The notes under the pieces were generated by a model. It ran no database searches. It saw nothing but the letters and a program-made list of their open reading frames with translations, and was not told where the DNA came from. DNA of 64,000 nucleotides from Mobula hypostoma (taxonomy: Eukaryota). Positions 47,428-59,600 of the stretch are shown here, in pieces (positions within the stretch are counted from its first letter, which is position 1; the number at the start of each line of letters is the position of its first letter). The translations under genes were made by a program, and so were the position numbers. The DNA is taken from NCBI RefSeq assembly GCF_963921235.1, contig NC_086097.1, positions 95,916,001-95,980,000 on the forward strand, given 5' to 3'.

Positions 47428-49452
47428 ATAGAAAACCTACTGCACGATACAGGCCCTTCAGCCCACAAAGCTGTGCCGAACATGTCCTTATCTTAGAAAT
47501 TACCAATGGTTACCCATAGCCCTCTATTTTTCTAAGCTCCATGTACCAATCCAGGAGCCCCTTAAAAGACCCTATCGTATCCGCCTCCACCACCATCGCC
47601 GGCAGCCCATTCCTTGACCGCACCACGTAAAAAAAACTTACCCTTGACATCTCCTCTGTACGTACTTCCAAGCACCTTAAAACTGTGCCTGTGCTAGCCA
47701 TTTCAACCCTGGGAAAAAGCCTGACTATCCACATGATCACTGCCTCTCATTATCTTGTACACCTCTCATCTTCCATCGCTCCAAGGAAAAAAGGCTGAGT
47801 TCACTCAACCTATTCCCATAAGGCATGCTCCCCAAACCAGGCAACATCCTTGCAAATCTCCTCTGCACTCTTTCTATGGTTTCCACATCCTTCCTGTAGT
47901 GAGGCGACCAGAACTGAGCACAGTACTCCAAATGGGGTCTGACCGGGATCCTATAGAGCTGCAACATTACCTATTGGCTCTTAAATTCAATCCCACAATT
48001 GATGAAGGCCAATGCACCGTATACCTTCTTAACCAGTCAACCTGCACAGCAGAGGGATCTTGGACTCAGACCCCAAGATCCCTCTGATCCTCCACACTGC
48101 CAAGAGTCTTACCATTAATACTATATTCTGCCATCATATTTGACCTACCAAAGCGAACCACCTCGCACTTATCTGGGTTGAACTCCATCTGCCACTTCTC
48201 AGCTCAGTTTTGCATCCTATCAATATCCCGCAGTAACCTCTGACAGCCCTCCACACTATCCACAACACCTCCAACCTTTGTGTCATCAGCAAACTTACTA
48301 ACCCATCTCTCCACTTCCTCATCCAGGTCATTTATAAAAATCACAAAGAGTAGGGGTCCCAGAACAGAACCCTGAGGCACACCACTGGTGACTGACCTCC
48401 ATAAAGAATATGACCAATCTAGATAGATAGATAGATATACTTTATTGATCCCGAGGGAAATTGGGTTTCGTTACAGCTGCACCAACCACGAATAGAGCAT
48501 AAATATAGCAAAACAAAAACCTCAATCAAACAACAATATGCAAACTATGCCAGATGGAAATAAGTCCAGGACCAGCCTATTGGCTCAGGGTGTCTGACCC
48601 TCTACGGGAGGAGCTGCAAAGTTCGATGGCCACAGGCAGGATCAACCTCCCATGATAGTCAGTGTTGTATCTCGGTGGAATATGGCCAGAGTCCAACAGC
48701 AAAAAGTTCAATATCCAGTCTACAAACACGTTCCTTGATCGTAATATGACTTTGTTAACCAGAACAGCAAGCCCCCACCTTCTTTACTCTTACCGCTCTC
48801 AGTGCACTTCCGGTCAGCCCGAATGGTCTGGAAGCCCTCCATGGAAAAGTTTTGGTCGGGTATGTTCTTGTACAGCCTCGTTTCAGTAAAACATGTAACA
48901 CTGCACTCCCGAAATGTTCTCTGACTCCTGGCTAGCGCCGTTAGCTCGTCCATTTTATTACCCACCAAACTCCTCTTCTCCATAAGTCTCTGTTGTTTCG
49001 ACCCGGTCCTCTTTCCACGCCTTTGTGATCCCCCTCTGCATCCTCTGTGTGTTTTCCTTCAGATTTCAGCAGGATGTCCACCGCTCTGTTTGCTAAACCG
49101 GCCGGCATAATCGCAATCAGCTGGTCCCTGGAATAAACAATGTGACCATACTGCTGCCCCGCTAATGAGACGTGTCTGAATGTAACTATTTCCATTGCTA
49201 AAAACCCAAATAAAACTCTTTCCACCAGCATGTTAGAGAAGGTGCAGCTTCAACATGTTACCGTGGAAAAAAAAATACAACAAATAACGCAAGTTAAAAA
49301 AGTAAGAAAACTAGTTGGAACGGCTGTAACAGGCTGCATGCACGACCGGCACATGCGCATTTACAACCACTCTTTACCTTCTGTGGGCAAGCCAGTTCTG
49401 GATCCACAAAACAATGTCCCCTTGGATCCCATGCCTCCTTACTTTCTCAATG
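47428..49452 (-). mobile_element. CR1 LINE 3' part, interrupted at 48421-49362
   Basis: [31 protein letters not shown] sequence continues across the insertion (..GACCAATCT|ACAACCACTC..). Confidence 0.9.
48421..49362 (-). mobile_element. Internally deleted Rex1/Babar-like element with apparent 5' end and (TCTA)n tail
   Basis: AGATAGATAG tail at 48421; endonuclease start RSLVGNKMDEL..CFTET.L..FQTIRADR..GGGL joined directly to a 3' region; GC-rich 5' end. Confidence 0.7.
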
Positions 49453-50388
49453 CATGGGAGATATCTCAGTTGTAATTTACAAACAATATTAAAACTATTT
49501 TTGTTTTGAAACACTCCAAGGTGATTTTGAAAATCAATTGAAATTGCATACATTCCAGTTGCATTTTGTTTGCAAATTCATCAAAAAGCTAGAGCTACAA
49601 AAAAAATCTACAACCCTACCCTAATGACTGGTGCACTTAGTTTGTTGGACTCACGAGCACTCCCACAGAGGAACACTAACTATGCACTGAAGATGTCCCC
49701 TCGACTAGTGATAACCATCTGCAAGCTAATTGCCAAACTCAGTGAACACTGCAACATCAAATGTCTCAACCCAAGCTACCAATATTCATCACCATCCTTA
49801 ACTTGCCTGTTTTGCTAGGACTTCCAACTGAAAACATTTAATATAAAACCTGTATGCAACTGCATGCAGTCTTAAATCAACTACAAAGAGAGCTGCAATC
49901 CTGGATGTGCCATTATTGAAACCAGACTGGAAGAAGTGACAGACCAGATTTAGATATTGTTGTTTGTTTTATAGCAATTAGTTACTAATGTAATGTACAC
50001 ATTTAAATGTTAAACAAGCTTTGCTCTTGAAATATAATGTGATTGAACAGTAGCCAATCAGAGGCAAAAAGTAATAGTGTCTCCACCCGGTTCAGGAGGC
50101 CGATTTTTCAAAGCCTGAACAGTGACCAGTCGGAGTTTGGGATTCATCGAAAAGGTCAAGCAAAAATAAGGGCAATACTTATTTGTGTATGCAAAAACTC
50201 CCGAATTCCTCTAAGCAGTCCACAACATGCAACTTCATTAATAACCAAAAACATCAGAGGCATGTCAATATTTCATTTCCATAAGAGAAGATTTAATAGA
50301 AAACTATATTAGATAACAGTTACTCAAGTGTATTTGGATTCAATAGAAAACACTTTGGTCCAAAAGCAAAAAGCAGAATCAATTTTTT

Positions 50389-50394
50389 TTTATT
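50389..50394 (-). terminator. Candidate KNSTRN polyadenylation signal AATAAA
   Basis: TTTATT on +, ~140 nt downstream of the stop. Confidence 0.5.
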
Positions 50395-50533
50395 TTACAA
50401 GGTAAATTATTATTACTTGTCTGGTTAGTAGCCAGCTCTCCATTGTCCTCTTTATATCTTCTGTACAGTTCCTTCATGCATACACACTTCTCATACAAAT
50501 TTTAAATAGTTAATTGTAACGTTGATGTTCAGG

Positions 50534-50674
50534 TCATTCAGCATTCTGATCTAAATGCTCTTTAACTTGACTTAAACAGAGTCTCCACTCCTCCATCTCT
50601 TGCTTGAACAAGTCCACTTCTTCTACAATTCTATTACTCTCTTCCTTGGCATTCTGTAACTTCAGCCTCATCTC
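50534..50674 (-). CDS. KNSTRN: KNSTRN last coding exon: EMRLKLQNAKEESNRIVEEVDLFKQEMEEWRLCLSQVKEHLDQNAE*
   Basis: TAG acceptor; 141 nt ending in TGA. Confidence 0.85.
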   Translation of the reverse strand, partial: EMRLKLQNAKEESNRIVEEVDLFKQEMEEWRLCLSQVKEHLDQNAE

Positions 50675-53600
50675 CTATTTACAATGTAAACATTTTGAAT
50701 TCAGAATGCACTTCAAAACCAAGTCAGCACAAATCAGGAAAAAAAAATTGCGTTAAGTTACATTTTTTTTCAATCTAGCAGATATAAAAGCAGACAACTT
50801 GAACTCTCAGCAGTAACCGAGTGATTGATAATACTGACATTAGATAAGACAGCTTCCTGTATGATTATCATGTAAGCATCAACATGTCAACATCAAAAAT
50901 TTGTCTTTCAGTTGGAATTCTCTGCAATTACTTGCAAAGAATGAACATTTTGATTTGTACCAGGAGGCAGACAAGCAGTAGTCAATAAAACGGCCAAAAA
51001 TGGGATAGGTGGAAATTCTCAAACCTATTTTTCCCGCCCCCAAAGCTTTGTTTTCACCAGTAGAAACAAAGCAAAAAAGGAATATTCTGCACTGCATGCA
51101 AATTTTCATTAGGAAGTTTAAAAACAATAAGTACACAGAGTGAAAACATAGATGAAAACACTTGGAAAATCTTTCTGCATTTAAATTCTATTATAATTTG
51201 TTCAGGATTGTGTGCATTTTAAACTGGCATCATGATTAGTCCAGATATCCTGTACCAAATGGGTCTGTTCCTGTGTTCCACTGTCCCATACACTAAACTG
51301 TCAAAATCCTTCACAACACAGTTGGATAACAATGATTATTCATTTCCCCACTATCGCATAATAGGAACTATTGTAAGTCAATTTTGTGCAATTGCAGGAT
51401 CCAAATCAAACACCAATACAGAAAACAGTGTATGTGTAGTTCATTGATATAAAGTTATTATTGTGATTGGCCACTCAAGCTAACTCAGAAATGAAATTGT
51501 TAGCCCATAGTTATAAACTGAACCTCTGACCGATATTAAACAGACTATCTCAAAGTCCCAATTTGTGATCTCTCACATTTGTTCTAATCTCAGTACTTAA
51601 CACTGCTCTGCACCAAAAAAGTGTCCTTTTCAATGCTATTTAAGATAGTAGTGTAGCTCAGCTCAGTTTTGTCATTGCTGTCACAAATCTCACTGCACTG
51701 ATATCAAAATAACAGATCTTTGTGAAGTGGAAATTCAGCTGAATAGTAAGTTTTGGTGATACACGAATCCAGTGAGCTGAAGGGTAGTGCCAGGGAGCAA
51801 GAAGCCAAACCATTACGACTTCTGAATAACAGGATAGCAGTTTCAGCTTTATTATATTATACAATGTGTTGCAGCCTATAGATTATTGGATTTTGCAAAT
51901 TTATTAAAACCATCAAAAGAACTGATTAGTGTGTACAGATTCTCTGGTACCCTGGATTGAATGCTCAAGTTTCTGGATTTTTCTTCAGTGAATATTTTCA
52001 GCATCATTACAGTATGTGAAGCAATATTCAAGATAACATTTTACTTGAGAAGTACACATAGTCTCACTGTACCTAGAAATGAATACTTACCTGGAACCCA
52101 TCTCTCTTCTCCATTTTGTTCCTTCCCCAATTTTCTAATTCCCTCTGGAGATTCTCCACAAGTGCCTGAAGCAACAGATGCAGAGTTTGAAATTCAAACA
52201 GTACAAATCATAATTAAAAGGATGAGGGGAAATTTCACCCTTAGGACTCAGTTGTAATTTGATCATAACATGCTTAAGAAGAGCTGTGCACTTTAAAAAT
52301 GTTGTTTTTCTTTGCATTGTTCCTGTACTCAAAACGTCAAAAACTCTTGACAGTCCTCATGACCACTCAAAGTGGAGGAGTATCTGGGATGGGATTAAGA
52401 ACCAAATCTGTTCATCCAAGCACAAAGATCCCTACCTCACTAACAAAGACAGCATCATCTCAGGGATTACCTATCCTCCTACTCCTCAGGCACACCCTAC
52501 CCCATCTGTGGGCAAAAGTCCCACACCAGCCATAGTCATGTCAGATGCAGAATGGAAGTCACTCTCAATCCTAAAGGATAACCATTGAAAAACATGTCCA
52601 ATTTCTGAACAGCCCTAAAGAAGATGCAAGCTGACTAATGGTTCAGATGTACATCCTTCCTTCAAAATCATTAAAAAGGATTGATTCATGAGAGAATCAG
52701 ACAAGTACTGTTGGCGAACAGTGATCAAACCAATATGGTACAGATGTAGATGCAGGTCAATTTTTAAAAAATGATTCTCTTTCCTGCACAACTGCCGCTT
52801 TCCATTTTTTACATGGAAAACGAAAATGGTGTTGTGAGGCAACAAATCAGCCGTGATCGAATGGCAGAACAGACTAGATGGGCTGAATGCTCTCATCCTC
52901 CCTTATGTCTTATGGAAACTGACTTCTCTGGCTGGTGAGTATATTAAAACAGCCCAATCCCTGTACAAATTTAGTCCCAATTTGGAGCACATCTCGCTAG
53001 TGAGAACCATGGGGAAGCAGGATTAAACCACAAGCCAGAGCTTTCTGCAATATTTGCATATGAACAACTGTTTAAAAATTGCATTTGTTTTGACAATAAT
53101 TTAAAATATAACATCCACAAATCTTAAATGCAGTGGTGTCTCAAATGTATGCGAAGCAGTGCACATGGCAACCTATACACCCCCTCCCTGCCCTTCTATG
53201 ACATACAATGGTTGCAAATTATAATGAAGCATGTGATCCAGGCTTTCTCAAAAGCTTGACAAAACTTTTGACCAGATGGGAACATCTTGCCACGAGATAG
53301 CCTAATTACTCACTATCTTGACTTGGAATTATAATAGTTGTTACTTCACTGACTTTAAGTCCCAATTCTGAACACCCTGTCCAATGGTACCAAGATAGTA
53401 CCTGCACTGGCTTAAATTGATGGCTTACCATTTGAAGGCAATGAGGGTTGACCAATAAATTCTGACCTTTGAAAGCAAAAACCACACTGTATCAAAACAT
53501 TCTCCTAACCTGTTAATGGTTGCAGTTTGTTATTTCATCGCACACCAACTAAACTTAAATGCAAAATATCTCTTACCATTGTGTCCCTTCGACATGCACT

Positions 53601-56600
53601 TGTTTGCTCATTGTCTTCAATTATTTTATTAGCTGAAACTGAGAGTGTGCACAAGTTGAGTACAGTTGAACTAGAATATGCAAATTACTGAAATAAACTC
53701 TGGAAAATTGGCATGTGTGAAGTTGGTTTATGTACATGCTCTCACTCAGGATAATAAAGTACAGGGAAAAAAAGTCTTGTCCTTGAGAGAAGTGAGACAA
53801 ATCAGTCGAATGTGGTCAAAATGATTTCCATTCAGTTTTTTGTTTAAATATCCCAGCAGAGAATGTAAGAGTGCTCCAGTGGAGTAGCTAGCACAGTGCT
53901 ACATGCATTCACTATCACCGCTTTCAGAAAAAGGAGGGAAAACCTGATATCTACTTCAAAGGCACCTATCAAGGCAAATATTCAGCTTTCCAACCTGACC
54001 CCAAACAATATTTTATACAGGATGACGCAAGTGGATCTGAACAGGTAACACAGTCTTAATTGGTCCAGAACCAGGTAATCAAAGAGACAAAGCACAGTAA
54101 AAGAAACGCTGGCAAAACAGAAGTTCTATAAAAAATGATTTTGAACACTAGCGTAATTCTGTTTGAAATGATAATGCTTTACAAAATATGAACATTCCTT
54201 TTCCCAGTACTTGCACCTTGAAGCAGCAACCAGTTTTCTCATGCACTCATTTCCAAGTGAATTATTTCTTTATGAATAGTATTGCTGTTTTAGAACTGTA
54301 TCCTCACTGCTCCAGGAATTCAGGTTTGATCCCAGCCTCAGGTATTGTCTATATGAAATATGTGAATCTTTCCTGGTGCACATGAGTTTCCACCAAGTGT
54401 TTTATTTTTCTCCCACTTCTGAAGATGTCCTAAAGGTTAAATGGTGATGCAAGCTACTCCTCAATTTAGGTAAGTAGTAAACAATTCGGACTAAAATACC
54501 AAGGAAGTTGATGTGGATTGGAGAGAGTAAGTTGCAGGACTACAGAAAAATAGAGGGGAAATAAGACTCAAACATGAGGAAATCTGCAGATGCTGGAATT
54601 TCAAACAACACACACAAAAAATGCTGGTGAACGCACCAGGTCAGATGCTGTCTGGCCTGCTGCATTCACCAGTATTTTTTGTGTGTGTTGGGGAAATAAG
54701 ACTGATTGCTGTATTAAAAGTAAATAAACCAAGAATACACTTATATAGGCAATTGAAAATCTGGTTCCTACCAGGATCAATCAGGTTGTTCTCCAGTATG
54801 ACCGCACAATTCTGTACCCTCTTGCTCAATGCTTCATTTTCAGATTGCAAATTTCCATTTTTAATCATATAATCATGTACCTGATCCTGTTAATAAGAAG
54901 TGGAGAGCTGAATCAAAATACAAACGGTAGTAGAGTCAGAAATAGAAGATGGCTATGAGGAGTTAATAATCTGGTCAATGAAGTTTTTAAAAATCAAAAG
55001 CCCTAGTAAAGGAACTATTTACTATAGTACCTTAAAGGATGTTCACAATCAACTTTTATTGTGTTCTTGCACTTGGATAACACTTTCCTAATCTACTCCT
55101 TTTTGAAACCAAAGTTTCTGCTCCTACCACTCTAATCAGTCACAATATTACAATTCAGTAAAAATGTATTTCCCCTCCTCATCTCCACCTTAACCCACAC
55201 TAATTTTAACATCCAACAGTGACTGGAGTGGGAATAGCTAAAGATGGCACCAGATGTTTTATGCAGACCCAAGCGACTTCTTCCAGGTAGTCTGCAAAAC
55301 AGCTTATTCTTCTCTTCTCATGGCTCTTTTTCCTTTTCAAGGTGGCTGGGGTCCTGTTGGCACCTGTGATCCACAGCTACCGCTCAGACTGCAGTTTCTC
55401 ACGGCTCGTGGGTTCTCGCCCTTGGATTCGCCATGTGGCCTGGAGTTTTGATATCTCCAGGTGTGACCTGAAAGACATGCGCCCTTTGGATGCAGCCCCA
55501 TGGACGACCCAATTCCTTGCCAATGTCACTGACCGAAGATTGAAATATTGGGACAGCAAGTGCTTTATACTGCTGTCAAAGGAAGGCCCCTGCACTCGAG
55601 TGATTACTCTCTCTCTCTCTCGATGGTGAGTGAGCGTCTGTTGGTCTTCAAGTTGGGGAACTCGGACAACCGATGCGGCAGATTGTAACATTGAGCTGCT
55701 GGTCTCCCCTTGTTGTTGCAGGGGCGATAGCTCTCTCTCCCCCTTGCTAATAAGAGAGAAAGAGAGTCTGTTTGAGATGTCAGTGTTGGGATGGACAGTA
55801 GTTTTTGATAGACTCTAGATCATGGCCTCTATGGGGTTGCTTGTATGGTGGGTGGGAGGGAGGTGTTGCTTTTGCTGGAGCAAGATGAGTTGGGGTGGGG
55901 GAAGGCTTTGGGGTTCCTAATTTTTTCTGTCATTCATTCTTCGAGGTTTTTTCCCCTGTTTCGTGGATGTCTATGAAGAGTAAGAATTTCAGTTTGTATA
56001 CTGTATCACTCTCTTTACAGGCCCCTATTCCTCCTCCTCTAGGTTCCAGTTCACCTTCAATTTCAATCCACCTCATTCTTCTAACTCACTTAATAACCTC
56101 GTAATCACACGTCTGCTTATTTTCCTCACCATATGCCAAAATCATCATCATGCTATTTTCACTTTCTGACTGGTCTGTTCTTATGCCAGAATGGCCAGTG
56201 GCCAGTGAAGAAGACCGAGATAAAGGAGTGGCAAGGATGAGGAGAGACATATTGATAGAACAGATTGACAGTGTGCAAGGCCAAGAGTGAGGACTATGTG
56301 GGAGAATAAGGTGAGAATTGGAGGAGGCTGTAAGATAGAGGTAAGATTCATCTTCCCACTATCTATACTCTGCAGGTAAGGGTGCAAGTTTCAGGTTTAC
56401 TTTACAATCTGGACATAATTTGTTTCTTATAGAATGTTATTGGTAAATGGGCAATTCTGGGAAAAATTTGGGATTTTAAGAAATGTCTCAAAACTGTTGT
56501 CCTCAGGTGGGAAACGGTGACCTATTAACCTGATTTTATGGCACATGGATGTGCAATTATCATGTAGGTAGACAAAGTTCTCTTCACATCTCTCCCATTA

Positions 56601-59600
56601 AAAGCAATCTATTATTTTGAAGGTTTGTTTTGTACAACAGTCTTTGATATTGTTCATCACAGTACTTTGATGGCTTCTAAAAGTGATTAAATCCAAAACA
56701 ACATAAATTTGATAACTAAAGGAAAATTAATAATTGCTTATTAGTGCTTCATGATTAAAGTGGAAATAAATGTGCCAACTGGCAGAAAACCTTACCTTGG
56801 CTAACTTTAGTTCCTGCTTTAATTGCTGCTGGGAAACTTCTAACAGCTGATTTTGGTCCCTTAACTCTGCTTCAACCACTTTCAGGGCCATGTAGCTGAG
56901 GAAAACGGCAGAGTGAGGAACAGTTCTTTCATTTGCAGTTCAATGGCCAAGGAACAAGTGCAGATATTTATGCTCATGTTGCACTGATTCATGATGTTCA
57001 TGGGAGCAAACTCTTTGAGTGTGCACAAGTTGGTGATAATCTTCTAAAAAATTATTTTACATACCATTGTAATTTTGAGCAGAGATTATCACTGATTGAT
57101 GAATTAGTGATAATAATTATGGATTTTCAGGAAAAAGGGTAAGTCATGTCCTTATTTTTATTTATATTTGTTTTACTATTAACAAAAAAAATGAGAGATT
57201 GAAATAAAAAACATTTTAGAAAACATCAAATTATTAGCCTTTTAAAAAACAGTTGAAAAATATCTCTAATAGTACTGTTATTGTAACCACTACTCACTAG
57301 ACAAATTTTGATGTGCAAGCCAGGTTTGCAACAATTTCAAATGTAAGCCGATGTGTCCTGTGAAAATATCTCACTGCTCTTGAGTTGTAAAAAGAATCAT
57401 TTGTAGCTTCTTTTGGCAGCAAATACAATCATTATGTATATTTTTATTGTGGGTGGAGTTTAAAGAACAAAACAAAACAAAATTTTTTGCATATGCCTTA
57501 AGTTCACCACCACATGCCCACTTCCTTAGGAATTTGATTTTATTTCTGACAAAGCAGGTGGTGAGAACAGTTTATCCATAAATACCCAGAGTTATGGATA
57601 GAAGAAAAACATTGCCCTATAAGGCACAGACCAAAACTCTCTAGACTCCTCTTCCACATGTGTAGTACTATAGTTATATTCCATTTCTTGGATTTACTGT
57701 TCAAATTGATTAACAGCCAAAAACTCACTTCTCCATGTCAGCACGAGTCATTCTTGATAATGAAGGCATTTTCTTTCTGGAAATAAAAACAGACTGTTAG
57801 ACATACCTCCACATGTTCACACTACTACTATTCCCATACTTTTTGTGATCCAATTTACCTTGAGAGCTGGCTGCTATGATTGTCTCAAGAGATGGAGTGG
57901 TCTCCAAATAACAATTAGGCCTAAGGCCCCAACTTTAAAAGCCCATTGATTATAAACATCCACAACCAGAGACATTTACCAGTAAATTAAAAACATAATT
58001 AAATGTTGAAAATTGGAGAACAAGAAAAAAAATCAGTTAACTTTGTGTTCAAGATAGACAACCCTATTAAACTGCAGTGATGTTTGGTACTACAAAGACC
58101 AACCATCACTGACAAAAAGCTGTGGGTTCAGATGTGTCTATGAACCAACAGCTCTCCATGGAACTGCCATATGAGAAGTATTATTTCTCTAGCCTAATCA
58201 CTATAATTTATTTCAACCACAAATGACAAGTATGTCACAGCTAGTAATATTTAAAACAAACATCAAAACTTCATAACTATGGTAATGCTGTAATAGGCAA
58301 AGAGTAAACAAAGTGAAAAGGAAATGTCGTATTTACACAAATATGCATTCACTTAAAAATTACAGCATTCATGCATTGACTTTGACCCATAGCTAAATGT
58401 TAGCAGAATTGTTTCATATTTATTTCTTGCTTTCACAACTACTTCTGCATGTCAAAAAGTTGGCAAGAGCCAGTTATACAGCACAGAAGCAGGACTTTTG
58501 GACCAACTCATCCATGCTAAAGTTGTTAACCTGAGTTGGTCCTATTTCCTTATATTTGAGTCATATCCCTCTAAATTCTATTGTCTCACCTTGAATTTAT
58601 TCCAAGTGCCCGCAAGAAAATTAATGACAAGGTTGCACATGGTGACATCTATGTACTTTGATAATAAATTTACTTTTAACTTTTTTTGAAACCTTTCTTA
58701 TATACTTGTCTAAATATCTCCTAATTCCCATATTCTCAATATCCTGTGTGAAAGAAGTTGCTCTTCAGATTTTCTTTATATCTTTCTCATCAGGGTAGCC
58801 TCTGACCTGATGGTATGAATATCAACCCCGCCCCCATCCTCTACTCCCCAGTGTGACCTTCTACCTCTTCTCACCTACCTGTCACTTCCCCTTGGGCCCC
58901 CTTTTCCTTCCTTATGGTCCATTCGCCTCTCCTATTAGATCCCTTCTTCCAAGCTTTGACCTTTCCCACCTGCCTGGCTTTACCCATCACTTTCCAGTGA
59001 TTCTCCTTCCCTTCCCCCCACCTTTTTTATTCTGCTGTCTTCCCCCTTCCTTCTCAGTCCTGAAAAGGGTCTCAGCCCAAAACATTGACTATCTATTCAT
59101 TGCCAAAGATGCTGCCTGACCTGCTGAGTTCCTTCAGCATTGTGTGTGTGTTGCTTTAGATTTCCAGCATCTGCAGACTTTCTCATGTTTATGATTTGAT
59201 ATGCCCTCTAATTTTTAGATTCCCTTACAATGGGAAGAAGACTGTGATCATTCTCTGCATGGATGAATACAACAGTCTTGACTTATCCTTATAGTTCAAG
59301 CCCTCCATCCCAGTGACAGCCTCATGAATCTTTTCTGCACCTTTCCAACTTAATGACACCCTTCCTATGCCAAGAGGACCACAGATTTCCAGGTGCAGTT
59401 TCAGTCTTTTGTAGTTAAGTTCCAACTATTGTACTCAATGTACTGACCAATGAAGGCAAACCACATGCCTTAATCATCCAATCTTTCTATGCCTCTACTT
59501 TGGGAGCATCTCAGTGTTGAATGTGGTGGCATGTATGTACTCTGATAATAAATTTTAATTTGAACTATGTACCTTCACCACTAGGTTCCTGTTCTACAAT

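Noticed and set aside
55240..56010. GC-richer block with several overlapping ORFs, starting AAGATGGCACC
   Set aside because: Looks like an interspersed repeat, but I could not assign a family, termini or TSD; the ORFs have no recognisable motifs
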